Both the position numbers and the translations under genes were made by a program. DNA of 63,807 nt, filler included, from Choristocarpus tenellus KU-1152 (lineage: Eukaryota > Protista > Phaeophyceae): assembly GCA_964200185.2 (NCBI GenBank). It is 11 parts of 11 records of this genome, joined end to end, with 100 filler letters (N's around TTAATTAATTAA, not from the genome) between each part and the next. Parts side by side here need not be neighbours in the genome. Positions count along the whole stretch, not along the records: positions 23,381 to 28,644 come from CAXNAD020011319.1; positions 28,745 to 31,429 come from CAXNAD020025666.1; positions 31,530 to 44,179 come from CAXNAD020001754.1; 8 more parts are not named here. One strand, written 5' to 3'. Positions 23,470 through 36,000 of this stretch are shown piece after piece. The notes below the pieces were generated by a model, which worked only from the letters and a program-made list of their open reading frames with translations, was not told where the DNA came from and ran no database searches. Numbering within the stretch: the stretch's first letter is position 1; each line of letters starts with the position of its first letter.

Positions 23470-25707
23470 TGGGGTCAAGTTGAACATTATTAGTAGTCTT
23501 CCCAAACATGTTTCAAGGTCCTTCGAGTGACCTGTTCTTTTCTGCCTCGTGGTCGTTTTCTTATTGTTTGGAGATGAGATTTGTGCTGTCAAATTGTTGA
23601 TATCATACCACAAGCAGTGTAGCTGTATTTCACAGAGTTATTGTGCCATGCGTTTTGACCATTTAATTGATCCTTCTTTTTTAAAGTTATCCTTGATGTG
23701 TGTGACAGAGTACTGGTATTCCCACAGCGTTGATTTTAAATTTTGTCATGTGTGTTGTGTTCCCCATGTTATGAGGAGACAAGTACGTTTTTCGTTTTGC
23801 TGTCTCCAACTCCAACAGTATAATCCCTATTCTTGTTCTAACACAGGAAGTATGTACTTCTTTTAAAAGCATTGTTCTCCTTGAGATTAATACAAGCAAT
23901 CGTCAAATGGAATACCAGTTGTTTTGTCTTCATCATCGAAGGTGGCATGCCAACCTCACAATGACGCACTGCTACCGTATCCTTCTGGAAGCGGGAGAAA
24001 TAGCACTTGTTTAATTGTGTGTGCTGTGATGGGCATTACTCTTCCTCTTAACCAATATGTATGTGCAAAGGTGTGGCACTCCTCACACCGAGTTGGTGAT
24101 TCTTGTTTCTTTAGTTGTGTTTCATACCCCAGTATGTTGGGAGGTTCCAACAATATATACTATAAAATGTACCGACTCTGTTCTTCAGTCATCCAGTCAG
24201 CAGCGTTGTTGATATTCCACCTTCTGCAATACCACACTTCTTCTATGAAGTACATGACATACTTTTAAAATAAGTGAACTTTATCAATGTCCGTGTATTT
24301 GAGGACCTCTAATGCATGCACTGTGTAATCCATACATGCCTGTAATATAAATATATGATTGTGGGGACCAACACATACCTGTACTTCCATGCTATAATAT
24401 GATAGTAGTACATACACCGAACACACTGCTGAAGCTCGATATAGTAGTAAGTAGTAATGAAGTACCACTGACCAATAGAATCCTCCACGTCTAGAGTTGC
24501 ACTCAGGATAATTGATACATCAGCAGCAACAGGTACCCCTTGGCAGAGTGCCCGGCACAATGCTGATTCACTGGCGACATGAAGTTCACTAGTAAAAGAC
24601 ACGCCGTGAAAATAATCTACATAGAATGATTCTGACTTTCAAACAAAGAGTGGGCGCATCACAGACCAATCCAGTGCATTACGTATCATCTACTCAAAAG
24701 ATTCCATATTCTCCCCAGGTAAGGTTGTGGTTTTCTTGTGGGTTCGTCCTTCACTCATTCTCAGAGTAGTAGCAACAGACTCTGTCTTCAAGGCCAGGAC
24801 TTTTGCAGCAGGTTTTAGAACGGACATTGTGTTTCACCCTTGGGCAGCTAAAAGTGTTGCAACATCCATCCCACCAGCTCATGGCAACGCAGAAAATATG
24901 TCTAGTTGAAACACACCAACCTATTCATAGCAACACGTGCAGAAAACACAGGAAAACTGCAGATCCAGAGTGAATGTCCAGTACACCATTTAGGGAAATG
25001 TATCATATTTTAATCATGTTAGTAATACTACCACAGCAATGTCTTCCTCCTGTCTAGATAACATACCTTTTGCAATTGGGTACCTACTAATCAATAACAG
25101 GCCCCAGTCGCTCCAATCTTTGGCAGACTGCCTTGCCACAATAGGTCATAAAAACCAAAACCAGAATTTTTTCGATCTGGTCGTGGAAGTGTAACAACAG
25201 AAGTATTGTCTACAGATGTATCTGAGTAAAGGACATCAATCCAGTACATCCATTACATAGTATTGACAGCGATTTCTAGTATTGGGACAGAGTCTAAAAA
25301 ATTATCCTAAAGTGCTGGCAAAACAGGCACAACCTGAGAGATACGTGATCTCATTATGAACTCGTATCAGAATGCTAGTGAGCGCTCATTGTTGCTAACA
25401 TGAAGTACAACTCAAATCTCGGCTGGAGAATCACAGGTGCAGACTTACTGCTTTTCACATGCAGGTTTAACAATACCAATCCAACCATCTGAACAGGGAC
25501 AGTGCATTTCCATTTTTAGGATACTAATCGAACAGCAAAATACTGATGGAAGGCATCTGCACCTGACCCCACCAACAACACGAACGCCCCAACTTCGTGG
25601 CAGCTGAAGCATGTCAAGTGAACCCTTTTAAACAATATTGGGCAGCATAAGGAATGTTGGTCAACTGCAGCGAACGCCATGAGCGGGAGTGACACACGAG
25701 ATTCCAT
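23470..25707 (-). CDS. Possible multi-exon hypothetical gene downstream of SRP14
   Basis: Several exon-like segments with AG/GT borders (e.g. ~24472-24590 ELHVASESALCRALCQG...; 25564-25707), but no complete in-frame model could be built. Confidence 0.3.
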
Positions 25708-25861
25708 TTCGAGTCTCTTATCTCGAAGTCAAAATGCCAAGACTGAAGAGATTTGGTCATACACAAAAAATATATGATACAAGGATGGTGGGTGTCCATA
25801 TCTCTTGTTTCTAAATCTGTGCGGATCTTGATATTTATGTTACGGATACAAGGGTCACTTT

Positions 25862-26768
25862 TTACACATTCCTGCCCTTTCGCTTCTTCCCCGTGACCTC
25901 CTTCCCAGAAGCTTCTCCTCCCTCCCCTTGTACCCGAGCCAGCATATCTTGAAAACGGGTAACTTCATCTAAAGGAACCTATCAATAGGAAGGTACGAGA
26001 TAGACAGTGATTGAGAGGAAAGTTTCAACAATGCATCTACACCTTTCCTGCGGAAACCCGCTTAGTGCACAGGAATGTCGGCGAGTATGTACCGAGAAGA
26101 ATGCAAGGTCAACTCAGCAAATAATAAACTAATTGCACGTCTATCATTGACTAATGTTGGAAGGTTAAGCACATCTTCGGCCTTCGTGCGGTAGGCGCAT
26201 TCAGAAACAAAGAGGTAGAACCGCAGGTTACCTATATTTCTCATCTCTCTCTCTCTCTCTCTCTCTCACTCGAGTCAAGATTCCTCGGAAGATATAATAC
26301 GAAGTACAGTTATTGGATTGGAGATTTTTTCTTGCTTTTGGTCAAATCAGCTGTTGCTGAGAAAGCAGGATGGGCATTCATCGCGCATGTAGTCACTAAA
26401 TACATTGAGTGAGTTGTGACTCGAACCTTGTGCACTTTAACAATGGATAGGGAGAACCCCGAGGGGGAATACAGAACAGAGGGCCTGTGCAACACCTTTC
26501 AACTCTTAACTTAATAATGCCCTCTTCTTAACCCAATGACACCGCCGACACGTGAGGAATGCTAGGGTTAATATCTCACCAGAGTCGATATTTTACGATG
26601 CTTCTTGTTGGATAGCTTGGCTCGGACAAGACACCTCTCTACGTCGTCGACCTTCGATTTCACAGTTTTCTTTGTGATGTACACAGAGCCCGCTCCCCGC
26701 TCCTTGCACAGTGCGTATATCTGACCCAGCTCTACCAGGAAGGCTTCCTGACAATCCAATAGCACCAT
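25862..26768 (-). CDS. SRP14: Signal recognition particle 14 kDa subunit, 2 exons, 101 aa
   Basis: Exon 1 26580-26768 (MVLLD..EAFLVELGQIY...GSVYITKK...CLVRA...KISTL) and exon 2 25862-25978 (VPLDEVTRFQ...KKRKGRNV*). Classic SRP14 motifs, GT-AG, phase 0. Confidence 0.93.
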
Positions 26769-26984
26769 ATGTAACTCAAGACCGTCAGGACGATGAGCCA
26801 ATAGGTCCACAACCTCCCTCACCCTCCAACTAACCAGACATGAGGGTTTGGAGATGACCATACTAGATATGGTGCGCAGCGCGCGCGTATTATTAAGAAA
26901 TTAAGGTTATGTTTTGGACTCTACGAACACACAACCCACCAACATCCAATCTCCATAAACCATTCCAACATTGGATGTCTAGCC

Positions 26985-27086
26985 ATGGGATATATTATAG
27001 ATATCGCAACGTTTGCACTGAACAACTTCCGCACTACCTTAAGCGAAATGAACCGAAATGAAGTCAGAACACGAAACACTATTTTT
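26985..27086 (+). CDS. Possible first exon of a small gene divergent from SRP14
   Basis: gccATGG start, 34 codons, strong GTGAGT donor. Downstream exons are unresolved. Confidence 0.3.
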
Positions 27087-29947
27087 GTGAGTCAGGTTCC
27101 TTATTATTTGAAAAAATTAATTTCAATTATTGTAATTCTCTTGTAGATTAAGATCAGGGTGATTGATACTCGTTTTGGTCTTGCTCTCTGTTTGTTGTTG
27201 TTCAATCGCCTCCACTAAAGCTTGCAATATGCAACAGGGATTGCATCGACCTGTTTTTTATATTCCTTAGGTACTTTTGGTACAACTCCAGTTCAATGTT
27301 TCACAACTCGGCAATCCTCTCCAAGCACTACTTCCAAGTTTAGTCATTAATAGCTACTTGATTCCTGGTATCCTTTGGCATATCGTCACGGTGAACACAT
27401 ATTTGTGCACATCACAAAGATCACATGGGCTATCTTATCCTTGCAAGCATATAATTAAATCTTGCGCAGGTAGAACATCACTCAACATTTCACAGTAAAA
27501 CAATTCAAATTACCATCACATCACCATTAGTATCACAAAAAAAAGCATTGGGTCAAGGACAACAAACGGCTTGCGGGTATTTATGTAGATCCTAGATTTT
27601 TCTTTCCACATAAAGCTGCAATCTACAAAATATAATCTGACCTGCCACCAAGACAATCCTTTCTTGGTGGTGCTCATAATGGTAACCCTAACCCTAAACA
27701 GGCCAAACAAAGAATAATAAGTGGGAGTTCCAGGTCGTTTTGGCCACGAAAGCAGCCATGTGTGTACTGTACTGTCTTTTCACAATGAATGGATCACCCC
27801 ATACTTTTTTTCTTATATATAACAGCAAACTTCCCCATACTATCTCCCAAGGGGCATAAACTCTACCACATCAAGAAGTTGTATCATCATTGCAGTAGCT
27901 CTTCCTGGAGACAAAAAAGTCAATCAGATGAAAAGAAGAGTCAAGCACAATATGTTCACCTTGTTTGAACTAACAACAGCCTGTTCCGCCAAAAAAATGG
28001 TAACAATTCTCAACTAAGAGCTGATAGGTGGGTTGAAATAGGGGCCTACATGAGAAACAAATAAGCAGGAATCTCAACGCATAAATAAACAGAAAAGACA
28101 ACAAAAACGACTCTGTTGTTGCACCTCAGTGCATGACATGTATTATCATGTATCAATGGCAAGCCCTGCTCACCATTAACATCACAACACCACGGGGAAG
28201 AAATGGTGGCATCTCTCACACACCAAAAAGAGACAGTCCAAATACTCTGAACCAATTGGGAGTGCCATCTTGCTCATAGTCTGTCATCATCACACTACAA
28301 AAACATTTACCCTGATATCTGAGTGCTGAAGAGCAGCCCCAAAAGGTGCGCATTCCCACCCAGACATTCTCACACCCCACATATTTCAGAAGTCAACTAT
28401 CAGCGCTCTGCAGTGGAAAACTTGTCCTTTTCCATCAACAGCATGCTGTGTCTATAGATCTATGTCTCTGGCTCTCATACGGTTGTGGTGCAGGAGTCAG
28501 TGTAATGGACTCCGGAACAAAGCTGTACATCATGATCCCAGTTCACACCACACCAGTAAACGACAATGACAGCAACATGCATGAGAGGAAGAGGTTGAAC
28601 AGGCAAGGTCAAGTACACCGTAAAATTGTGTCTGGGTGGGGGGGNNNNNNNNNNNNNNNNNNNNNNNNNNNNNNNNNNNNNNNNNNNNTTAATTAATTAA
28701 NNNNNNNNNNNNNNNNNNNNNNNNNNNNNNNNNNNNNNNNNNNNCCTTTACTATTTCTCCCCAACCAGGAAACAAAACAAAAAAAAAACACCCAAAAAAA
28801 AAAAATGGCCCAAAAGAGACACCCCCCCCCCCCCCCCCCCCCCCCCCAGATCCTTTGAACCAGCCTCAACCAAAACATAAACATAAATGCAGGGACAACC
28901 TATCCCACTAAAGCACTGCCATTAGCAGCGGCAGTTAGGCACTGGCATTTCTCTCCTCCATAGCGCTGCAACACTGGTGTTTGATAAGGAAACACCTTCA
29001 ACGAATCGTGCCAAGCCACCATATCAATCTTTACAATGAGTGAGGGTGGGGAGTAGGGAAGGAGAGAGGAGGAGGAGGGGAGGGAGAAGGGCGCAGTTGA
29101 TGATTCTGGGACAAAGGGAGGAGAGTTCAAGAGCGCAGACCAACAAAAATATTATTCTACAAAAATATTATTCTACTCTAACCGTTGGCATCGTCCGTTC
29201 GTTCAAGGGCAGCTTTTATTATTGGAAACACATCAATTGTTATTAAAAATAAAGTATGACGATTCATTCAACAAAAAAATAAAATAAAACACAATGAAAA
29301 AAGCCTGACATGTCATGTTATGGCACACACCACTACAGAAAAAAAAAAGGATCACACTTTTTCTTCCACTGAAGGATGCCAGTAAACTCAAAAACAAAAT
29401 CCGTTGCTTTGTAAAAATGTGCTTGGCACATTCTCCAAAATTCCGTCAAAATTCTGTCAATACTTTTTCAAGCAACAGAGAAGTCAACCTTAACCCTTCA
29501 AGTCACAAACTTGGCGCTTCATCCATCGGGAATTTTGAAAAAGTGGAAAAAGGGTGAATCATAAGATATTCAAAAAACAGACTCGAAATACAAAAGAGTT
29601 AAAAACTAGGAACCTTTAGTGTATTTTGGGTCAGTTTATGTCTATGTCAAGGTGCTGGAGCGAGACAACTCTACAAAGGGAGAAAAAGCATCCAGGCATA
29701 GGTTGTAGCATCTTGTTGCTGTGGAGGAATAGAAGGGAATAGAAGGGAGGTGAGGGAGGGGTTAGGATCACCTGCCACCTGACAGTTCCTGACAGTTTTT
29801 CTTATAATTTACACCACACCAAGTAAGTAGCCTCGATGAACCATGCATCAGAGCATTTGTTGTACACCAATGTTGTACACCAATGGCAGGAGCGGCCAAG
29901 GAGAGCATTGTCTGCTCGCCACAACCAAGTAAGCCATTTGAAACCTC

Positions 29948-29975
29948 CCCTAACCCTAACCCTAACCCTAACCCT
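29948..29975. repeat. Interstitial telomeric repeat (CCCTAA)n
   Basis: More than four perfect units. Confidence 0.85.
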
Positions 29976-30315
29976 TTCTCGAGTCAAATCCTTCATAAAC
30001 ATAAAAATAAACATAAACAAAGCCTCTCATCCCCAAAAGGATATGTCTGCACTGCTGAAAAACCCCTCTTGTTCCAACCGTCCTGTCTGTACACATCAAA
30101 ATGGGCAAAATATACTACTACAAGTGTCTAAGGAGCAATCTCATTGGTGGAACAATTGTGCTCTTTCAAATCTCACCCTTTTTGTTTTTTGCACTCACCA
30201 CAAAAAAAAAATGCACAGAGAAAGGAAAAACCAGCACACGCCCCCACTCCCCCCCCCCCCCAACATACANNNNNNNNNNAGGTGGAACAATTATGCACTT
30301 ACAAATATCACCATT

Positions 30316-30347
<32 letters not shown>

Positions 30348-30461
30348 TGCACAGAGTTAGGATTAGCGAGCACACGCACACACACACATAATACACATAC
30401 ATACATACACACATACACACACAAATCAAGCCCAACTTGCCTCACAGAAGAAACATCCTTC

Positions 30462-30748
30462 TCACTCTCCGGGTCCCTCCCGAGCAATGAAATCATCATA
30501 GTAGTGCCCCTCATCCTCGATACCATCCATCATTGATGTCACGATCTCCATTGCTGATCGAGAGAGTGGTGTGAGATTACCTGCACTATCTCTGTTTCTG
30601 CGTACCTCATGTAGTAGTACATCATTAAAGTCGGCACTCACGATGGATGGTTGGTTTCTGCCAATTACTATGTAGCCGCTATCGCTGCTATCATTACTAT
30701 CTCTGCTCACGTTGCTCAGCACATCATGAGGACGACGGCGATCATCAC

Positions 30749-30780
<32 letters not shown>

Positions 30781-30887
30781 TTATCATCATTGTACTCATC
30801 CAGGTCAGAGCTCGAGCTGTCTCCACTTCCGCTTTGTCCAAGATTAAGGTGGAAGTTGTCATCCCAACGGTAGTCGTCTCCATCCTC
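30462..30887 (-). CDS. Acidic, poly-Asp exon of an unknown protein (probably terminal)
   Basis: Acceptor tcatag, then an open frame EDGDDYRWDDNFHL...DDDDDDD...EGHYYDDFIAREGPGE ending in TGA at 30462-30464. Confidence 0.6.
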
Positions 30888-31354
30888 CTATGACGATTGA
30901 TGATTGACTTGTCGAGTCAACGCAGGATGCTATAAATATATATATATATATATATATATACATAAAAATAAATAAATAATGAAAGAAAATGGAACCTATC
31001 TAGCAGTAGAAGAATAGAATCGCTGAACCACTCTTTTTTTTCTGCACACTATTTTAGTACACAGAATGAAAAAGGTATCAAGTATCATACTTTAAATAAC
31101 ATGGTACTGTTGCTGGTGAACTTGTCCCTTCTGTTGTAGGTACTACATCATACAAGATGCACTACTATCTTGACATTTTTATTTTTATAGACACAATAAA
31201 CAATTCATTTCATTGTTTATTTTCTTACATGAACAGTATATTATTAACAGTACAACATTACTGTCGAGAAATAATCATCCCTATCATTTTACTCAGAGCA
31301 CGCTGCACCATGCAAGGTTACATATTCTTAATAAAACAAAAGAAAAAAAAGCCC

Positions 31355-31386
<32 letters not shown>

Positions 31387-32516
31387 ACCACCCCCACCCA
31401 AACAAAAACCAAAACAACAAAAAAAAAAANNNNNNNNNNNNNNNNNNNNNNNNNNNNNNNNNNNNNNNNNNNNTTAATTAATTAANNNNNNNNNNNNNNN
31501 NNNNNNNNNNNNNNNNNNNNNNNNNNNNNGGGGGGCTATTTGCCAATTTTCTAGCTTAGGGTGACATTCCGCAAAGTTTACTATGAATGCTTGCCCAATG
31601 TTGGCTATTATTTAACACAACTCCGTGTGCGTTTTTTTTTGTTGATAGTGAAGAAAGAAAAAATAGGGAGCGCGATCCCCAAATCGGAAGTTTGGATGTA
31701 ACTGCTTTGTGGTGCAAGACGCAGAGAAGAAGTATTTTTTGACCACAGAACAAGCATTAATTCAAATTTTTGTTTTGTTTTGGACCATATTGTGTTTTCT
31801 ATCATTTCACTTTCTACAACCAGGCAAGTATGAAATACCATAAGATACAGTTAATATTCTTTCCAAACTCACAACACATACACACACAGAGAGAGAGAGA
31901 GAGAGAACATTCCTTTGTCCTTATGTCTCCTTGAACTGTGTGTACCCCAACATCTTGCCCACTATTCTTTCAACACATCTACCAGACATTTCGCACTTTC
32001 TATCCTTGCATAGATATTTCCTACATCATGCTATGTCATGCTCTTTCCTCAGTGTCTTGTGCTAATTCTAATACTCCACTATCATAGCTCAACCACTATT
32101 CCAGGTATATTGTACATAAGTCTAAGTCTACAGTTTACGGTCATTCCTCCAAGTATATGTGTATCATGTATTCCACTATATGACCAATCTATTGGTTGAT
32201 GATGCCTGATTAATTGTAATTATTAGTGATTTACAACAGTGTGGCTGTGTTATACAGAATTTGTATATGTGTATGTGCATGTGTATGTATATGCAGGGCT
32301 TGTGTACCAGTGGGTGATTTGATTTTTTGATGTGTTGAATAATATTATTTTTTATATTTTTATACACTTCAATGTTACTAGGACCCTCTACTCTCTTGCA
32401 TCATTGGTATATGTGCAAACACTCCCTCGAAGAGGATGCATCCTTAAGTGTCAGATGGAGACCCTGTTGTGGAATGTAACCAGAGGACAGTTGCAATATT
32501 GACAACATGTTTTAGT

Positions 32517-32540
32517 GGGTTAGGGTTAGGGTTAGGGTTA
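32517..32540. repeat. Interstitial telomeric repeat (TTAGGG)n
   Basis: Four units. Confidence 0.8.
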
Positions 32541-33088
32541 TCTCATTCTTACCTTTGCTATGTATGCTGGATACACATCATGTCAGCAAGAACCTGATAG
32601 AAATGTTGATTGCATTCAGTGAAGGCTGTGATTTGTGAATCCATCTGTCTTGACAATAAGAACAGGTTGTTGATCATGTTTGTTGTGTTCAATGATTTAT
32701 ATTTGAGCAATTATGCAAATACCTTAAGAGGTATTATACTAGTGATATATTTAGAAATGGACTAACTAGACATACTCACTACCTGGGGTTTGTGTGGTGG
32801 GGGGAAAAGATAAATGCTCATGTTGATTGGACAATCACACCATCAATAGCAATCCCTTGCACCTATAATTTCTTCAAGGGATGATAGCTGGTAGATTGTC
32901 ATGCTAGAATATCTGCTCTTTAAGTTGGTCCTCTCTACCAAGAGTGGTGAAATAGGAATATAACTGCTCGTTCTAATTCCTCGTAGGTAACATTAGTAAG
33001 TTTGTCTTGATAATCTGCATGTAGTCGTTTCCGATTTCCTGTCCCTGAATCATTCCTGGACTGTTCCTGGACTGTTCCTCTTTTCCAG

Positions 33089-36000
33089 CCGGGTATCTTT
33101 GGAGAACCAGGTGCAGACTCCCCTGTTCAGCTTCTTGAGTTTCTCCTGGCTACAGAACCTTCCAATGGTCTCCCATTGGGTATGTGTGTAAATATGTTTC
33201 TAACATTTTTTTGAATGATTTTGTCTTGTCATTGGTTATTGTCCTCGGTTATTGTCCTTGATAGGTATACCGTACATTGTCTCTGTTCTGATCTTGTTTT
33301 ACAGTAGTGTTCTGATATTGTTTTAGTAGTGTTCTGATATTGTTTTACAGTAGCAGGCGCGTGTTGTTGGTGATGGCATTGTTGACGTTGCTGAGTTTGA
33401 TATTTAGATTTAGATTGAGTTTGATATTGAGATTTAGATTGAGATTGAGATTGGGATTGGGGTTAATTGTATGAAGATGGAGGTGATTAGATTACTATTT
33501 ATACACATTTTAGTCTTCTTTATGTGGAGAGGAGGACTTGCCTGCTCTATGACCTGATGGTAGTTGTCCAGACTTGTCATGTAATTGACAAGTGTGTGTA
33601 ACATTATTAGGAGTTACTTGCTCTGGTGGTATATGTCCTGAGATGGATGCATAGAGGCAATAGTAGCGAAAGAGGAGTTTCAATACCTGCCTATTCCTGG
33701 TGTAGCCCTAATCCTAAATGTGTCCTGACATTGACCCTACCCCTTTTAACATCATTTTTGTTAATTTTAATAGTGGTGATGATGGTGATACTATTTATTC
33801 TTATTTTTTTACCATGTTAGGATTTCTTCCACTGGTGCTTGCACAATTGGAGGTACAAGAAGGCCTTCGTGCTGTGGTTGAGCCAATTCTCACACAGATC
33901 GTTGCTAAGTTGAAGGTGGGCATTTATGGCATTTTTTTCCATGTCTAGTCTCATTGTTTTATGAGTATAGTAGATGCATGCATTAGTAGTAGAGGGACTT
34001 CTGCTCTCTGTTGTATTCCCATTACGTAAATCTTTGTATTGCTGATGACATAGTTATGCTTTGGATGTATTGGTGTCAGTTATTATTATTATTATATTTT
34101 ATTTACTATGAAAGTAATATTTACAGGGTTAATAGTATATATAACGTGCTCAGATTTTGAAGTACTCATTATCATATGTTGACTTGTCAGGACTTGGATG
34201 GTATAGTATGGTCACAATGACTCTTTCTGTTCATGTGTTACTTTTAAGTGTTTACTTTTTTATTGTTGTTTTCTGTACTATATTTCTTGTATGTATATAT
34301 ATATATATCTTTGGTGTGGCCTGTGAGTGTGGCCTGTGAGTGTGGTGAACATTTCTTGTTACTTTCGATGAAGTAACACATCTTATCAAAACCTATTTAT
34401 CTACACACTTTCTTTTTTTGGAATAATAAGATTTTTTTTTCTTGTTTGGCATAGATACATAGATATTGATAGATACATAGACAGATATTGATAGATACAT
34501 AGACAGATATTAATAGATACATAGACAGATATTAATAGATACATAGACAGATATAGATAGATACAGATCCATACATACGAGTGGTTTAGGGTTGGTCGTT
34601 GAGTTACTGGATTACTGGATTATTGGATTATTGGTGTCTACACTTTTTCTTTTCTGATGGTGTAGTTATTGAAATTGTTGCCCATAGTATGTCACTGCTT
34701 GCATGTGTTCTGTTCACTGTCTCTTCCTTTCCTCATCATTGCAAGGCACCAGGTGGAGGACAATGGGTAACAAGGAGTAGGATGTGATTTTGAACATACG
34801 TGTACTTTTTAAAACTTGGTGACGTAGTTAGTGATCTAGTTAGCACCGTTGGGAGAGAGGTAGCCTGACCCTAACCCTAACCCTGACTTTAGGTTTAATC
34901 TTTTGCATTTTAGAGAAAGGAAAGAACCAGGATAGTCTGCAGAGTTATTAATATTATTATTACTGCTATTACTGTTGCTATTACTACTATTGTTTATAGT
35001 GCCTGTTATCTATTATTAGCATTGTAGTTGACTTGGTGAGAGTATGAGAAGAAACATACTGCAACAGTCAACACTGTATAGGGTAGTTCTACCACATGAC
35101 ACACTGAGCTATTAATGTGAAGTCGTATTAATACCAGTGTGGGTTATTGATGCTGTGCACCTGGGAAGGTGGAGTGGTCTTTTGTTAATTCCTTTCCACC
35201 TCTTGGTCCCAGATGGCAAATAACATACATGGACATACATATACATCATCATTTTTACATAATTTGATTCTCTTAATATGTACTGGTCCATGCAACAAGT
35301 AGTAGCATTGTGATGATGATGCTATAATGTATGATCAATAACATTGCATATTACTATTAGTGATACTATTAATAATTCTATGTTGAAAGTTATTCTACTT
35401 CAGAGTTTTAAATTTGAAAATTGTGTAACGCATTCGATAGTACTAAGTTGAAGGGTATACTACTTCAATGCTTAAAACATGAAAATGCTTAGGGAACTGC
35501 CATTTCTGGTTGGATTATTTCCACTGTCTTCAGGTGTGCAGGTCTGCTGGAGACCCATGGATGTCACCTGTACGTGCACTGCGAGATGTGTGTAAGGCAT
35601 ACAAACCAGCCAGTGCAATCGTGGCAGAGCTATCTCAGTTTGGTATACCTAAGGAGGGGACACCGGAAGGTAGATAGATGGCCAGGACCTCTCTTTGAAA
35701 CAAATGCCTTTTTTTCTCTGAATTCAAGGTAGTTTCTATTATTGGTGTGAGTTTTATCATTAATTTTATCGTTAATTTTATTGCTATTGTGATGTTGTGG
35801 TGTTATTTTTTGTAATGTTGGCAATTGTCATACTGAGAGGTGAAGTAGTGGCGTGGAGATTGTTTTGCTTTGCTAGTTTAGTGTGGGTTGTACCCACACC
35901 TGCACCCTCTTGACAGTTAAACAAGCGACAGTTTCATCATCAGTGTAACTGACTAACATGTCAATTGTGTTTTCATTTTAGTCTTGTTATGGTTAGTAGT

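Noticed and set aside
27646-27690. GYHYEHHQ His-box-like peptide on the minus strand
   Set aside because: Very short, begins inside a telomeric tract, and no other desaturase or ketolase boxes are nearby.
30146-30400. ~75-bp duplication across a 10-N gap
   Set aside because: Looks like overlapping low-quality contig ends degraded by homopolymers, an assembly artefact.
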